Notes: generated by a model from the letters alone, not told the origin. Counted from the stretch's first letter, positions 13,080 to 33,339 are shown. The stretch is DNA of 64,000 nucleotides from the human T2T-CHM13v2.0 reference genome, Homo sapiens (GCF_009914755.1 NC_060936.1), one strand, 5' to 3'. A program made the numbers and translations.

Positions 13080-14231
13080 CTATCTGTCCAAAATAGTGCA
13101 ATAATTTATAAGGGAGGGGTAGAGCAAGGAGCTAAATAGAAGTCTCCACCAATCATCCCTCCTGAAGGAACACCAAATTTAACAACTATCTACATACAAA
13201 AAAAAACCAAAAAAAACCTTTGTAAGAATGAAAAATCAGGTGAGCACTCACAATACCTGGTTTTAACTTCATATCACAGAAAGAGGCACTGAAGAGAGCA
13301 GGAAAAATGGTCTTGAATTGCCAACACCAGCCCTCCCATCCCCCAGCAGTGGCCACATGGCATGGAGAAGGAATCTGAGCACTTGGGAGAGGGAGAATGC
13401 AGTGATTCTGAGACTTTATTAAATCCTGTGCTGCCCTGTCACAGTGGAAAGCAAAACCAAGCTAAACTCAGCTGATTCTTACCCATGGAGGGAGCATTTA
13501 GACTAGCTATCACCAGAAAGTAATCACCCAGCCCCACAGTTAGAACTTGAGTTCCAGCAAGCCTCGCCACCATGGGCAAACGTGCTCTCCCTAAATAAAC
13601 TTGAAAGGCAGTCTAGGTTGCAAGGACTACAACTCCTAGGCAAGTTCTAGTGCTGAGCTGGGCTCAGAGCCAATGGACTTGGGAGTCACTTCCCTACTGA
13701 GACACCAGCCAGGGAAGCTAAGGAAGTGCTTGTGCCACCCTTCACCCAAGCCCAGGCAGCACAGCTTGTGGCTCCAAAAGAGATTCCTTCCTTCTACTTG
13801 AGGAGAGGGGAGAAATGAGTAAAGAGGACTTTGTCTTGCATCTGTGATACCAGCTCAGCCACAGTAGGATAGGGCACTGGTAAGGGTCATGAGGTGCCCA
13901 TTCCAGGCCCTAGCTCCTGGCTGGCATTTCTAGACATACCCTGGATCAGAAGGGAACCTGCTGTCTTGAAGAGAAGGACTCAGTACTGGCAGGATACATC
14001 ACATGCTGGCTAAAGAGCCCTTGGGGCCTGAATAACCAACAGCTATACGCAGGTAGTATGTTATGGGCCCCAGGTGAGACTCAGGTGTGCTGTATTGAGA
14101 TGAGACTCAGCACATTCAGAGCTGTGGCAGCTGTGGTGAGAGACTCTCTGTTTGAGAAAAGCACAGGCACAGGAAGCAAAGGGAATTCTGTCTTGCATCT
14201 TAGGTAACAGCTCAGCCACAATGGGGTAGAG

Positions 14232-14567
14232 CAGCGGTTCCCAAACATTTTGCACCAGGGACTGGTTTCATGGAACACAATTTTTCCACTGACCAGGCAG
14301 GAGTTGGGGATGATTTTGGATGAAAATATTCCACCTCAGATCATCAGGCATTAGTTAGATTCCCATAAGGAGTGAGCAGCCTAGATCCCTCACATGTGCA
14401 GTTCACAATAGGGTTCACGCTCCTATGAGAATCTAATGCTACAGCTGATCTGACAGGAGGCAGAACTCAGGGGGTAATGCTCGCTGCTCCCTCCTGCTGT
14501 GAGGCCAGATTCCTACCAGGCCAGGGTCTGGTAATATTCTGTGGCCCAGTGTGGGTAGGGACCCCAG
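14232..14567 (+). mobile_element. MER1B (hAT-Charlie non-autonomous DNA transposon) in the L1MA 5'UTR
   Basis: Ends cagcggttcccaa / gggaccccag, 336 bp; perfect 8-bp TSD gggtagag at 14224-14231 and 14568-14575. Confidence 0.92.
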
Positions 14568-17500
14568 GGGTAGAGCACCAAGCATGTTTTTGCAGTTCCA
14601 GATTCTGGGCCTTGGGTCTTGGATGGCATTTCTGAACCTGCCCTCCTGGGCCAGAGGAGAGCTAACTGCCCTGAAGGGTGAGTCCTGGCCTAGCAGCATT
14701 CACACAGGCTGGCTAAAGAACTCTTGTGCCTTAAGTAAACGTCAGTGGTGGCCTGGCAGTATTCCCTGTGGGCCTGTGGTGGTGGTGGTGGCCATGGGGT
14801 GGGGCTCCTCTGACTTTGGAAAGGGGAGAGAAGAGTAAAAAGGTGTTTCTCATAGTCTGAGTGCCACCTCAGCCACACTAGCATAGAGCATAAGGTAGAT
14901 TTGTATGATTTTTTACCCATCCCAGGCTCCTGGATGGCATCTCTGGACCTTCCTGGGGACTGGGAAAACTCACAGCTCTGAAGGGAAAGACAAAAACATG
15001 GCTGGATTACCACTGGATGATTGTAGAGTTGGGTCTTGAACAAACATAGGTGGCAGCCAGGTAGAGGTAACAGTGGGCCTTGGGTGAGACTAGTGCTGTG
15101 CTGGATTCCAATCTAACCCAGCACAGTCCCAGTGGTGGTGGCCACAGGGGTGCATCACCCTACCCCCACTTCTGGGCAACTTAGCACAGAGAGACTCCAC
15201 TTGTTTGGAAGAAATTAAGGCAAAAGAACAAGAATCTCTGCCTGGTAATCCAGAGAATTCTTTTGGATCTTATCCAAGACCTCCAAAGTGGTAACTCTGT
15301 GAGTCTACATGAACCACAGCATTATTGGGCTTGCGGGCCCAAGTCCTTTTGAATACCTGGAAAGCCTGCTCAAGAAGGATGGCACAAACAAACCCAGACT
15401 GTGAAGACTACAATAAATGCCTAACTCTTCAATGCCCAGACATCAACAAACATTGACAAGCATAAAGAACATACAGGAAAACATGACCTCACCAAAGGAA
15501 CTAAACAAGGCAGCAGGGACCAATCCTGGAGAAAGAGAGATATGTGACTTTTCAGATGGAGAATTCAAAATGGCTATTTTGAGGAAACTCAAAGAAATTC
15601 AAGATAATACAGAGAAAAAATGCAGAACACTATTAGATGAATTTTACAAAGAGGTTGACATAAATAAAAAGAATCAAGCAGAAATTCTACAGTTAAAAAA
15701 ATGCAATGACATACTAAAGAATGCCTCAGAATCTCTTAATAGCAGAATTTATCAAGCAGAAGAGAGATTTAGTGAGCTTGAAGATAGGCTGTTTGAAAAT
15801 ACACAGTAAGGGATACAAAAGAAAAAAAGAATAAAAAAAAGTGAAGTGCACCTACACGATCTACAAAATAGTCTCTAAAGGGCAAATCTAAGAGCTATTT
15901 GCCTTAAAGAAAAGGTAGAGAAAGAGATAAGAGTAGAAAGATTATTCAAAGGGATAATAGCAGAGAACTTCCCAAACCTAGAGAAAGGTATTGATTCCAA
16001 GTGCAAGAAGGTTATAGAATACCAAGCAGATTTAACCCAAAGATTACCTCAAGGAATTCAATAAACCCCGCAAGGTCATGTATAAATAAACAATTCTAAA
16101 AGCAGCAAGAGAAACGAAGTGACTAACATACAATGGAGCGCCAATACAACTGGCAGCAGACTTTTCGGTGGAAACCTTACAGGCCAAGAGAGAGTGGCAT
16201 GACATACTTAAAGTGCTGAAGGAAAAAAACTTTTACCTTTATATCTGGTGAAAATATCCTCCAAACATAAAGAAGAAATAAAGATTTTCCCAGACAAGCA
16301 AACACTGAGGGATTTCATCAATACCAGCCCATGCTATAAGAAATGCTAAAGGGAGTACTTCAATCAGAAAGGAAAGGATGTTGATGAGCAATGAGAATTC
16401 ATCTGAAGGTACAAAGATCACTGGAAATAGTAAGTAAGCAAAAAAATGCAGAATATTATAACACTGTAACTGTGATGTATAAACTACTCTTAACTAGGAA
16501 GACTAAAAGATGAACCAATCAAAAATATTAACAACTTTTCAAGACACAGACAGTAAAATAAAATGGAAATAGAAATAACAAAATGTTAAAAATTAGGAGG
16601 ACAAAGTTAAAATGTAGAGTTTTTTTTTTAGTTTTCTTTTTGCTTATTAGTTTCTTTATGCAAGCAATTTTAACATATTATCACCTAAAAAAATGGGCTA
16701 TAAGATAGCATTTGCAAGCCTCATGGTAACCTCAAATCAAAAAACATACAATGGATACACAAAAAATAAAAAAGCAAGAAATTAAAGCATACCACTAGAG
16801 ATAATCACCTTCACTGAAAGGAAGAAAAAAAGGAAGAGAAAACCAGAAAACAAATAACAAAATGGCAGCAGTAAGACCTTTCTTACGAATAAGATTATTT
16901 AATGTAAATAGACTAAGCTCTCCAATACAATGACATAAAGTAGCTGAATGGATTTAAAAAAATACCCAATAATCTGTTGTCTACTAGAAACATATGTCAC
17001 TCATAAAGACAGACACAGAAAATAAAGGGATGAAAAAGATATTCCATGCCAATAGAAACCAAAAAAGAGCAGGAGTAGCATTACTTATATCAGACAAAAT
17101 AGATTTTAAGAAAAAAACTGTAAGAAGAGACGAAGAAGATCATTATATAAGGATAAAAGGATTAATTAAGCAAGAGGACATAAAAGTTATAAATATGTAT
17201 TCACCCAACATTGAAGCACCCAGATATATAAAGCAAATATTATTATAGCTAAAGAGAGAGATAGAGCCTAATACAATAATAGCTGAAGAATTCACACCTC
17301 ACTTTCAGCATTGGACAGATCTTCCAGACCAAAAAAAAAAATAAATAAATAAACAAAGAAACATTGGATTTCATCCAAATTATAAACCAAATGAACCTAA
17401 TAAATACTTACAGAACATTTTATCCAATGGCTACAGAATACAAATATGAATCCAGCACATGGATCATTCTCAAGGATAGACCATATGTTAGCTCACAAAC

Positions 17501-17821
17501 CAAGTCTTAAAACATCCAAAAAAAATTGAAATAATATCAAGTATCTTCTCTGACCATAAGGAAATAAAACTACAAATCAATAACAAGAGGAAATTTGAAA
17601 ACTATACAAACACGTGGAAATTGAGCAATATGCTCCTGAATGACCAGTGGGTCAATGAGAAAATTAAGAAGAAAATTTAAAAATTTCTTAAAACAAATAA
17701 TAACAGAAACACAACATACCAAAACTCATGGGATACAGTGAAAGCAGTACTAAGAAGGAAGTTTATAACTATAAATGCCTACATCAAAAAAGAAGAAAAA
17801 CTTCAAATAAACAACCCAATG

Positions 17822-18146
<325 letters not shown>

Positions 18147-20903
18147 TTAGAAAAGCAAGAGCAAACCAAACACAAAATTAGTAGAAGAAAAGAAATAATA
18201 AAGATCGGAGTAGAAATAAATGAAATTGAAATGAAGAAAACAATACAAAAGATCAACAAAACAAAAGAAATAGTTATTTGAAAAGAAAAACAAAACTGAT
18301 GACCCTTTAGCCAAAATAACTAGGAAAAAAGAGAGAAGACTCAAATAAATAAAATCATATATGAAAAAGAAAACATTACAACTGATACCACAGACATCCA
18401 AAGGATTTTAAGACATTATTGTTAAACTATGTTAAACTCAAGGCTATTATGAACAACTATATGCCAATAACTTGGAAAACCTAGAAGAAATGGATGAAAT
18501 CCTAGACACATACAACCCATCAAGATTAAACTATGAAGAAATCCAAAACCTGAACAGATCAATAAAAAGTAATGAGATTGAAGCTGTAATAAAGTCTCCA
18601 GCAAAGAAATGACCCAATGGCTTCACTGCCTAATTCTACCAAACATTTAAAAAGGAAATAATATCAATATACTCAAACTATTCTGAAAAACAGAAGAGGA
18701 GAGAAGCCTTCCAAACTCATTCTATGAGGCCAGTATTATCCTGATACCAAAACCAGAAAAAGACACATAAGAAAAAAAAAAAAAAGGAAAACTAAAGGCT
18801 AATATCACTGATGAATACTGATGCAAAAATCCTCAACAAAATACTATTAAACCAAATTCAACAACACATTAAGAAGATCATTCATCATGACCAAATGGGA
18901 TTTATCCCAGAGATGCAAGAATAGTTCAACATATGCAAATCAATCTATATGATACATCATACCAAAAGAACAAACGAATAAAACCATATGATCATTTCAA
19001 TTAATGTGGAAAAAACATTTGATAAGATTCAGCATCGCTTTATGGTAAAAAAAAAAACTCTCAAAAAACTGGGTATAAAAGGAACATGGCTCAACATAAT
19101 AAAGGCCATATATGAGAGACCTATAGTAAGTATCATACTGAGTGGGGAAAAACTGAAAGCCCTTATTCTGTAATCTGGGACATAACAAGGATGCCCACTT
19201 TCACCATTGTTATTCAAGATACTGCTAGAAGTCTGAGCTAGAGCAATCAGACAAGAAATATAAACAAAGAGCATCCAAACTTGAAATTAAGAAGTCAAAT
19301 TATCATTGTTCATAGATGATATGATCTTCTATTTTGAAAAGCCTAAAGACTCCACCAAAAAGCCATTCAAAATGATAAACAAATTCAGTAAAGTTGCAGG
19401 ATACAAAATCAACATAAAAAATCAGTAGTGTTTGTATATGCCAACAGCAAACAGTCTAAAAAAAAGTAATTCTATTTACAATAGCTACAAATGCAATAAA
19501 ATCACTAAGAATTACCCTAAAGAAGTGAAAGATCTCTACAATAAAAACTGTAAAACATTGGTGCAAGAAATTGAAGAGGATACAAATAAATGAAAATATA
19601 TTATATGCTCATAAATTGAAAGAAACAATATTGCTAAAACCAAACAAAGGAATCTGCAATCTACAGATTTGATGCTATTTCTATCAATAAACCAATGACA
19701 TTCCCCACAGAAATAGAAAAGGTAATCCTAATATGGAACCACAAAAGATCCAGGATAGCCAAAGTTATCCAAAGCAAAAAGAACAAAACTGGAGGAATCA
19801 CATTACTTGACTTCAATTTATATCACAGACCTATAGTAACCAAAACAGCATGGTACTGGCATAAAAACAGACACATAGACCAATGGAGCAGAATAGAGAA
19901 CTCTGAAAAAAAATCCATTCATCTATGGTGAACTCATTTTTGACAAAGATGCCAAGAATGTACATTGGGGAAAAGACAGTCTCTTCAATAAATGGTGCAG
20001 GGAAAATGGAATTTCCATAAGCAGAAGAGTGAAACTAGACCCATATTTCTTGCCATATTCAAAAATCAATCAAAATCGATGAAAGACTTAAATCTAAGAC
20101 CTCCAACTAACAAACTACTGCAAGAAAACATTCAGGAAACTCTCCAGGACATTGGACTGAACAAAGATTTCTTGAGTAATACACCACAGGCACAGATAAC
20201 TAATGAAAAAAAAATGGATAAATGGGATCACATCAAGTTAAGAAGCTTCTGCACAGCAAAGGAAACAACAAGATGAAGAGACAACTCACAGAATGAGAGA
20301 AATTATTTGCAAGCTACCCATCTGACAAGGGATTAATAACCAGAATATGTAAGGAGCTCAAACAACTCTATAGAAAAAAAATCTAATAATCCAATTAACA
20401 AATGAGCAAAATTTGAGACATTTCTCAGAAGAATAAATACAAATGGCAATTTTATGAAAAGGTGCTCAGCATCAATGATCAAGAGAGGAATGCAAATCAA
20501 AACTGCAATGAGATATCATCTCACCCCAGCTAAAATGACTTTTATACAAAAACAGGCAATAACAAATACTGGTGAGTATGTAGAGTAAAGGGAACCCTCC
20601 TACACTGTTGGTGGGAATGTAAATAAGTACAACTACTATGCAGAACAGTTTGGAGGTTCCTCAAAAAACTCAAAATAGAGCTACCATATGATCCAGCAAT
20701 CCCACTTCTAGGTATTAATATATACCCAAAAGAAAGGAAGTCAGTGTATCGAAGAGATATCTGCACTCCCATGTTTATTGCAGCACTATTCACAATAGTC
20801 AAGATTTGGAAGCAACCTAAGTGTCCAGCAATAGATGAATGGATAAAGAAAATGTGGTACATATACAGGATGGAGTAATATTCAGCCATAAAAAAAAGAA
20901 TGA

Positions 20904-24680
<3,777 letters not shown>

Positions 24681-24811
24681 AAGAATGAGACCCTTTCATT
24701 TGCAACAACATGAATGGAACTGGAGGTCATAACGTTAAGTAAAGTAGGGCAGGCACCAAAAGACAAACTTTGCATGTCCTCACTTACTTGTGGGAGCTAA
24801 AAATGAGAACA

Positions 24812-25124
<313 letters not shown>

Positions 25125-25833
25125 TCATGGAGATAGAGAGCAGAAGGGTTGTTACCAGAGGCTGGAAAGGGTAGCCTGGGTGTGGTGGGGAAGTAGAGAT
25201 AGTTAATAGGTACGAAAAAATGGAAAGAATGAATTAAACCTACTATTTGATAGTGTATTAGAGTGACTATAGTGGAAAATAATTTACTCGTACATTTTAA
25301 AATAACTAAAAGAGTATAAATGAATTGCTTGTAACACAAAGGATAAATGCTTGAGGGAATGGATACCCCATCTACCCTAATATGGTTATTACACACTGCA
25401 TGCCTGTATCAGAATATCTCACATAACCCATAAATATATACACCTACTATATACCCATAAAAATTTAAAATTAAAAAAACTATATTTATATATGATTAAT
25501 TTTTTAAATCTAATTTTTACTTCTGATTTATTTTATGTATAATTTTAATTATATGCTATGTAATTATAATCTAGATATAAAATTTATATTTGTATATGGG
25601 GAAATGATACACATATATACATATACATACAAAATACCATGTACAATCACATTGATAATCACAATTATTTACAAGCAATACAAATATAAATTTAAATATA
25701 TTTAAAATCAATACAAATATAAATCAGTTTAAAATCATATACATATTCATATCTCTATATATTTGCAATCACAAATATTTACATGTAGATGGATATATAT
25801 GTATATTGTACATTTGTGATGGTAATGGTACCA

Positions 25834-25836
<3 letters not shown>

Positions 25837-25878
<42 letters not shown>
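25837..25878. repeat. (TG)21 microsatellite
   Basis: Direct reading. Confidence 0.97.
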
Positions 25879-25882
<4 letters not shown>

Positions 25883-26662
25883 GCATCACTAGAAATATAT
25901 TTGGTCTTTGTCCCTAGCTTCTGACACGTGTCCTTGGAGTTCTTAGAATTCCCTTGGAACATCCTGAGTGATAGGAATGTATTTTGTCATTCTTAAGGAG
26001 ATTGTTTTGATCACACCTGAGTCTATAGTAATGAGACGACAGGGTGGCCTCCCAGACTGATGTTGGGACTGGTCACCAGAAAGACCAAGTTATTAGAAGA
26101 TTGGAATTCTCAGCCCCACACTCAGACCTCCAGGAGAATGGAGTGGGATGTGTGTGCTGAAGATCAAGCTCCCTAAAAGCTCTTGAACTAGGAGATTTGA
26201 TGAGCTTCTGAGTTGGTAAACATATCCACATGCCAGGAGAGTGGCACACCCCAACTCCACCCTGGTTTCCATTTGTGTCTTTTATAATAACCTTCATAAT
26301 AAACCAGTAAATGTAAGAAAAGTGTTTCTTCCCTGAGTTCTGTGAACCATTCTAGAAAATGGAGGCATCAACCTTAATGCATCGTTTGTCAGTCAGAAGC
26401 CCAGGGTAAAAAAAAAAAAAAGCAGCCCAGGGTGTCTGGACTTGTGATTTTGTGATTGACATCTAAAGTGGGGGCAGTCTTGTAGGACTGAACCGTTTAA
26501 CTTTTGCCATCTGATGCAAAGTCTATGCAGATAGCACTAGAATTGCATGGAACAGTAGAACACCCAGTTGGTGTTGCAGAATTGAACAGTGTAGGAAAAT
26601 AATACACACATCTGGCTATCAGAAGTGTTCTGTTTGAATAGAGAAACCGTTTGTTTTTCTCA
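25879..26662 (+). mobile_element. MER21-type LTR
   Basis: gaaatatatttggtctttgtccc..ctggtcaccagaaagaccaag..ctcagccccac..tccctgagttctgtga. Confidence 0.8.
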
Positions 26663-26789
26663 GTGTGTGTGTGTGTATGTATGCGTGTGTGTATGTATCT
26701 GTGTGGCTGTATGTACATATGTGTGTGTGCATATAGAGACATATATATGTATATATGTGCATATATAATTTATATATTTATATATAGTA

Positions 26790-28180
26790 CTTAAGAAGCA
26801 ATCTAATGGCACATCACCTTTATGAAAAATTTTTAAGAACTTTAAGGATACAAAGGAATATTTAAGCAAATGACAGGATATTACATGTTCAAAAATATTT
26901 GATGTCAGATTTTCTCCAAGTAATCTATGGAATCTACACAAACTCAGTCAAAATTCTTATGAAGATATAAAGATCCACAGACAGCAAAATAAGTTTGAGA
27001 AAGAAAGAATAAAGGAAAAGTGAAGATGGCAGGTGGGTGAGGCAAAGTTACCATATGAGATATTAACATTTGCAAGGCCAAAGTAATTAAATCAAGGTGA
27101 CGCTGGTATGGGAACAGGCAAATAAATCTGTGGAGCAGAATAAGGATGAAAAATAGACTCACTAATTATAAAAACTTGAGATGGTGGCACCACAAATCAA
27201 AGGAAAAAGGACGTATTATATACACTATGATTTTGGAAAACAACTTTATTATTCGGAGAAAAATAACACTGGATATCTATGTCCCTTAAACCACATATAA
27301 AAATAGATTTGAGATGGCTTAAAAAACTATGCAAAAGGTAAAGCGGGAAAGCCAGGGGGGAATAAAATTTAAGGGAATATTTTTATAAGTTAGAAATGTG
27401 GAAGCAATTTTAAAAATGTGACTTCTCTTCCAAATACACAAACACTAAGGTAAGAAACTTGTTAGATTTTAGTACAACAAAATTTAGGATTTCATTTCAT
27501 AAATGGCACTGTAAAAGTTAAAAGAAAGAAGACAGACTAAGTGAAGATAATTGTATCATATAAACAGTATTACATTAATATCTGTAATTTACATAGTAAT
27601 CATCAAATTCATCAAGAAAAACATAGGATGCAGGAAATATAATGAGTAAAGTGGGTAAAATAAATTGAATAAGCATCATGAATAACTTTTAGCTACAAAG
27701 TTATTTGAAGAGATGCTTAAGCTCAGTGTATCAGGACATCACATATTGACACATCAATGAGCTATCATTAGTATTTTACACCCATTGGATTAGTCAACAT
27801 CACAAAGTTAGATAATTCTAACTCTCATGCAGTGATGATATAAAAATTACTCTAAATAGGACTGGTGAATTTATCTATGCATCTACCTTATGAATCGGAA
27901 CAAGACTTAACACCACACCACCATTGTTGTGAATATAAAAACAGATGCACACAAAAAATTCTAATATTTTACAAAGGAAATACATATTTAAGACATCTAT
28001 CTGTCATACTTAAGTGAGCAGCTATGGTGACTGGAAGTAGGGAATTGAATAGAAATAAATAAATAAATGAAGTAAAATAAGAGAGAATCCTTGCACTGGC
28101 CTATGATGATAATGTGTTATGACTTGAGCATTGTGATTAACTGAACTCTACTTTAGAGCTCCAAAAGAAGAAGAAAAAGA
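26790..28180 (+). mobile_element. Degraded old L1 (L1ME-like) ORF2 3' region
   Basis: A-rich L1 ORF2/3' phrases; likely continuation of 12610-13000. Confidence 0.55.
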
Positions 28181-28817
28181 GAGAAAAAATGCAAATTATG
28201 TTCAGGATTGTTTACTAGGCACAAAGACTGGTGTAGTTGAAAGAAGATTTATTTAATATACCTAAATTTGAAAACTGGCTCTGCAATTTCCTAGTTTTAG
28301 AAAGTCTTTCAGCATTGATGTCTCACAGTAGCCTTGTAAGAGAGCCAAGTATTTATTATTATGCCCATTATTATTAAAGAAAAATGGAGCTCAGAAAGAT
28401 CAAGTGACCTTAGCGAGATGGGGGCTTCTGACAGCTTTGCACTGCTGTCCTATAGGTTGAACCCTAGGAAATGGCTGCTAGGCACCCACTCTTTACCTAT
28501 CAAAATGGCCATTTTATACGGCCTACCCTAAGATATAAATGTGTCTCTTTTGTCACAAAATGAGAGGTCCACTCATTTAACTCTAAGAAATAAGGAAGAA
28601 AAGTAGCGAGGAATAGGAGTGAAATGCCAGCAGATGAACATGTGCATTGCTAACTTTAAAATTTTGTGAAATCCAACAATGCTTAATACAAAACCCTTAA
28701 TAAATGGTACGTTAGAGCACTGAGTTCTTAGATACTGAGTCCTGAGTGACTTTCTTAGAACAAGCTACCTTAATAAATGACCCCAAAAAAATATAAATAA
28801 AGAAAATAATTTTGTAC

Positions 28818-28990
28818 CTCAAGAGAACCATATATCCAGGTATGGCAGCCAAAGAATAAATGAAACTGCTCATCGCTGACAAGATTAGGAAGTACTGGAG
28901 CATCAAGGAACAGTCAGGTCCTTTGTCGCACAGCCCAAGAACTGCAGATGAATTTCCTGATGTTTGAATACAGCTGCAATTTTGGAACAC
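28818..28990 (-). CDS. SLCO1A2: OATP1A2 coding exon, 173 bp (VFQNCSC...PGYMVLLR)
   Basis: Acceptor ttggcag|GTG, donor GAG|gtacaa. Confidence 0.97.
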
Positions 28991-29208
28991 CTGCCAAAAA
29001 ATAACATATTATACTAAGAAGTAAAAATCTTGAACACAAATTTTAAACATTTTCTACACAGCCAGTTGGATCAAGATGGAGACTGCTTGTTCCCTTTACT
29101 CCATCTCCATTATGATGTCTCTCAAGATTACACCATATAACAAAACTGGAAGGGTGATTTCAGAAAAACGGTATATTTTTCTAAATATGAATAGTAAATT
29201 TGTAATAA

Positions 29209-29548
<340 letters not shown>

Positions 29549-29676
29549 AATACACTTTTTAAAACAGTGTTTTGATACAACACTACATTGGACAAACAAA
29601 ATCTGTTTCAGAGTGCTCAACTGAAATATTTAGATGCTTACAAATAAAGCTTTGCTTCAAAGGAATAGTTTATTTC

Positions 29677-30054
<378 letters not shown>

Positions 30055-30598
30055 TTATAGTTTACTTTGATCACCAACCAACGTTATATTAATATTACAA
30101 TTGATGTTATATTATATTGTGATATCTTAGAGGCAAGAGAACATTCCTAATTCTAAATTCTCAAAGAACTGTCAGAATGTGAAAAACACAGAAAGCACAT
30201 CCATACATATACACAGAAAAATATATATATATGTGTGTATATATATATGTATATATATATAGCAAAGCAATTAGCTGGACAATTGAAATCAAAACCACCA
30301 ACTTTATTTCAATGATAAAATTTTTTTAGTCCAGAGTATTTACAACCCAAATTATTTGAGTAATAATATAAACTTCTTGGAAATTTCAGATCACTGGTCA
30401 GATGCTATGGAGGTTTCACATAAGATCTGGGAAATAAAAGGTAATCAAGTGACCATCATAGAGTTATTTTTCCACATACAAAAAAAGTAATATGGTTTTG
30501 AGGAAACACTAATTTTACTTTTATTAAATATAGGCCCAGTTCATAGTTGGGAAGTACCAATGCAACTCAAAAAAGTTCTGTCAAATAGGATGTCTTAC

Positions 30599-30764
30599 CA
30601 TGTTTATTCCCGTTCCAATGGATGTCTCACAACCAGCAAGACAAGCTGACAGATATGACAAGCCATTGTTTCCACACACAGGATCCCATATTTTAGATGG
30701 ACAGTTGCAATCCACATTGCAATCAGCAAAGATGTCATTTTCCACATATAAATCTTGTGGAATT
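30599..30764 (-). CDS. SLCO1A2: OATP1A2 coding exon, 166 bp, Kazal-like Cys-rich extracellular loop (DCNVDCNC...WDPVCGNNGLSYLSACLAGC)
   Basis: Read manually; acceptor cttcag|A, donor ATG|gtaaga. Confidence 0.96.
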
Positions 30765-32250
30765 CTGAAGTGATTTAAAATAATGCCATAGATATTAAAA
30801 GAGGATTCAATCCTTTTTTTCTTCTTTTCATCTCAATCCCCAGTTAGATTTCCTCTCCTCCCATGAATAGAAAGAGAAATTTTCCAGTCATCAATGTGTG
30901 ACCTGTTTACTATAGCTTTGGTATAAAAGAGACCTGCTTTGATGACCACATAGCCACTCCTTCAATGATTTATCTCAGAAGAATATATAGGCAATAAACA
31001 AGCATTAATTGAGCACCTACCATGTGGAGTCATGTTTTCACATACTATTAGATCTCGAAAGATGAAGATGAACTAATCTCTGTGATTCATCCATTAGGTA
31101 GCAAATAGCAAGACAGGACTAGCATGAAGATAAAAATCTGAAAGTTCCATTTGTAATATAGATAATACATTTAGCTCCAGAAACATAGGTATTTGAATTA
31201 AAGAAGTGCATTCTACTAATATAAAAAGTGACCAGTGCTTGTAATATGATTGAAAGAGCACTTGCATAGCAGTTTAGAGACTGCATTCAGACTAGATCAC
31301 AGTGCGACTTTCTACACATTCTGTCTGGGAATCAGCATCATTGGAGATGGAGGCAATCTTTAAAATTTATTCCAATTTTAAAATCCATTTCTATATTGAT
31401 GTAGTTGAAGAGATTTGAAATGAACTGCTTTTATCATTAAATTTCTCTGAATCTCAATTTAATCTGTAAAGTGGAGATAATAATGCTTATCTTAGATGAA
31501 GCTCATGAGTCTCAAATCAAATAGCATATGTAAAATTATATTACTATTTTACATTTGAAATTATTTCAATCTAATAAACCTTGATAATTTTGAAAAAACA
31601 TTTTAGGATGTTCTTTATTTCATTTTAACTGATAGCTTGATTGTCAAAATACGCCCTACAGGTGAATTCTTTTAATGTACATCACTATGGAAAACATTTC
31701 AGTAAAACCCAGATAATCTTTAAAATACAAAATATGAAATGATTCAATATTTTAGACATAGCAATATAAATGAAATATATGAATTATGTATTAATTAATT
31801 TATCATGTATTATGATTTAGTTATGCCAAACTTAAGCCCATTGGGGAAACATATAAAGGCCATTTTGACTGTATAATCAACTCTTAGTTTTACTCAGTTA
31901 TGGGAGTATAAGATATATGGATAACATATTTTAATACAACCTGAAACTGTAGGTAGTTTCTTTCATAGGATAATGTCTACTCGGATATCACAAAGACAAT
32001 CATGCACACACACCCACATGCACATACAATCATAAATTCACTCACCCTGTGATATGTTCCCAACCTCATTAATAAGCCTAGAGCTTGGATAGATTGGCTT
32101 GATTGACAGATGGAGGAAAGATACAGGAAAAGCATGGATTACTATCATTAACTCCAATAAGAAAATGATCTGATCGTGCATTGCCATTGTAAAAAATATC
32201 ATATTAACCATTTGTTGAAAGATTCTCACATTCATTAGAAAACAACATAC

Positions 32251-32446
32251 CCTTCATAAGAGGTATTTATTCCAACAACTGAAGAATTTTCACAAGTCAT
32301 GAGAAAAGATAAAAAATAGAGAAGATACTCAAGTAAGGATAACCAACATCCTATGTGGGCAGCTTGTTTGACAGTAATCTTGAACTTCTTCATAATTAAA
32401 CCACCAATTATATATCCAATACATATTGGAGGTAAGTTATAAATAC
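32251..32446 (-). CDS. SLCO1A2: OATP1A2 coding exon, 196 bp (GIYNLPPICIG...GINTSYEG)
   Basis: Acceptor tttatag|GT, donor AGG|gtatgt. Confidence 0.97.
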
Positions 32447-32893
32447 CTATAAATGCAAATAAAATATTATTTACAAAATGACTTACCAAAGGAACAAATA
32501 TGTTATCACTTTTATGTAATATGCCTTATATAAGTAACTATTTAGGTCCAACTCATAGTGAAGAAGAATGATTTAATTTTATCCCCACTTAGTTACACAT
32601 TACCCACAGGGAGATTTTGAAATGCCCCCATAATGGGGAAGTATATTTTGGGAGACTCTTGTTATTATATTATCATTCATTTAACTCATTGCAGTAGCTT
32701 GTGAATTTCTTATAGGCAGAGATCATGATAAAAATCTCTTTTCTTAGGATCCAGGTAGAAGTGGCAAGTCAAAATTGGCCAGTAATTCATTCATTTATTA
32801 CCCTCTATTCTGTGTAGTGAGAATATATATATACAATTTTTCAGTTACCTATCCTCACTTTGGTTGTGAAGAATTAGACTCCTCTCAAAGTGC

Positions 32894-33195
32894 TTTTTCT
32901 TTTCTTTTTTTAGAGACAGAATCTTGCTTTATTGCCCAGGCTGGAGTGCAGTGATATGATCATAGCTGACTGGAGCCTCAGCTTCCTGGGCTTAAGAGAT
33001 GCTCCCACCTCAGCCCTCTAAGTAGCTGGGACTACAGGTGCACAACACCACACCTGGCTAATTTAAAAACAAAAATTGCAGAGACAAAGTCTTGCTATGT
33101 TGTCCAGGCTGGTCTTGAACTCCTGGCCTCAAGTGATCCTCACTCCTCAGCATCCCAAAGTGCTGGAATTAAAGGCATGAGCCACCACACCCAGT
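32894..33195 (-). mobile_element. AluJ
   Basis: Reverse Alu with J-type features; TSD tcaaagtgcttt / tcaaggtacttt. Confidence 0.9.
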
Positions 33196-33339
33196 TCAAG
33201 GTACTTTAGAGAGTCACTTTGCTGAGCCTGTTGCTGTCAAGTGTATTTACATTTCATGTCTTGCTGCTACTGGCTCTTCCTCTCTGAACCCTTCCCAATA
33301 AGTGAAAAAAAAGAATAGAAAAAGGAGAAGATAGCCCTA

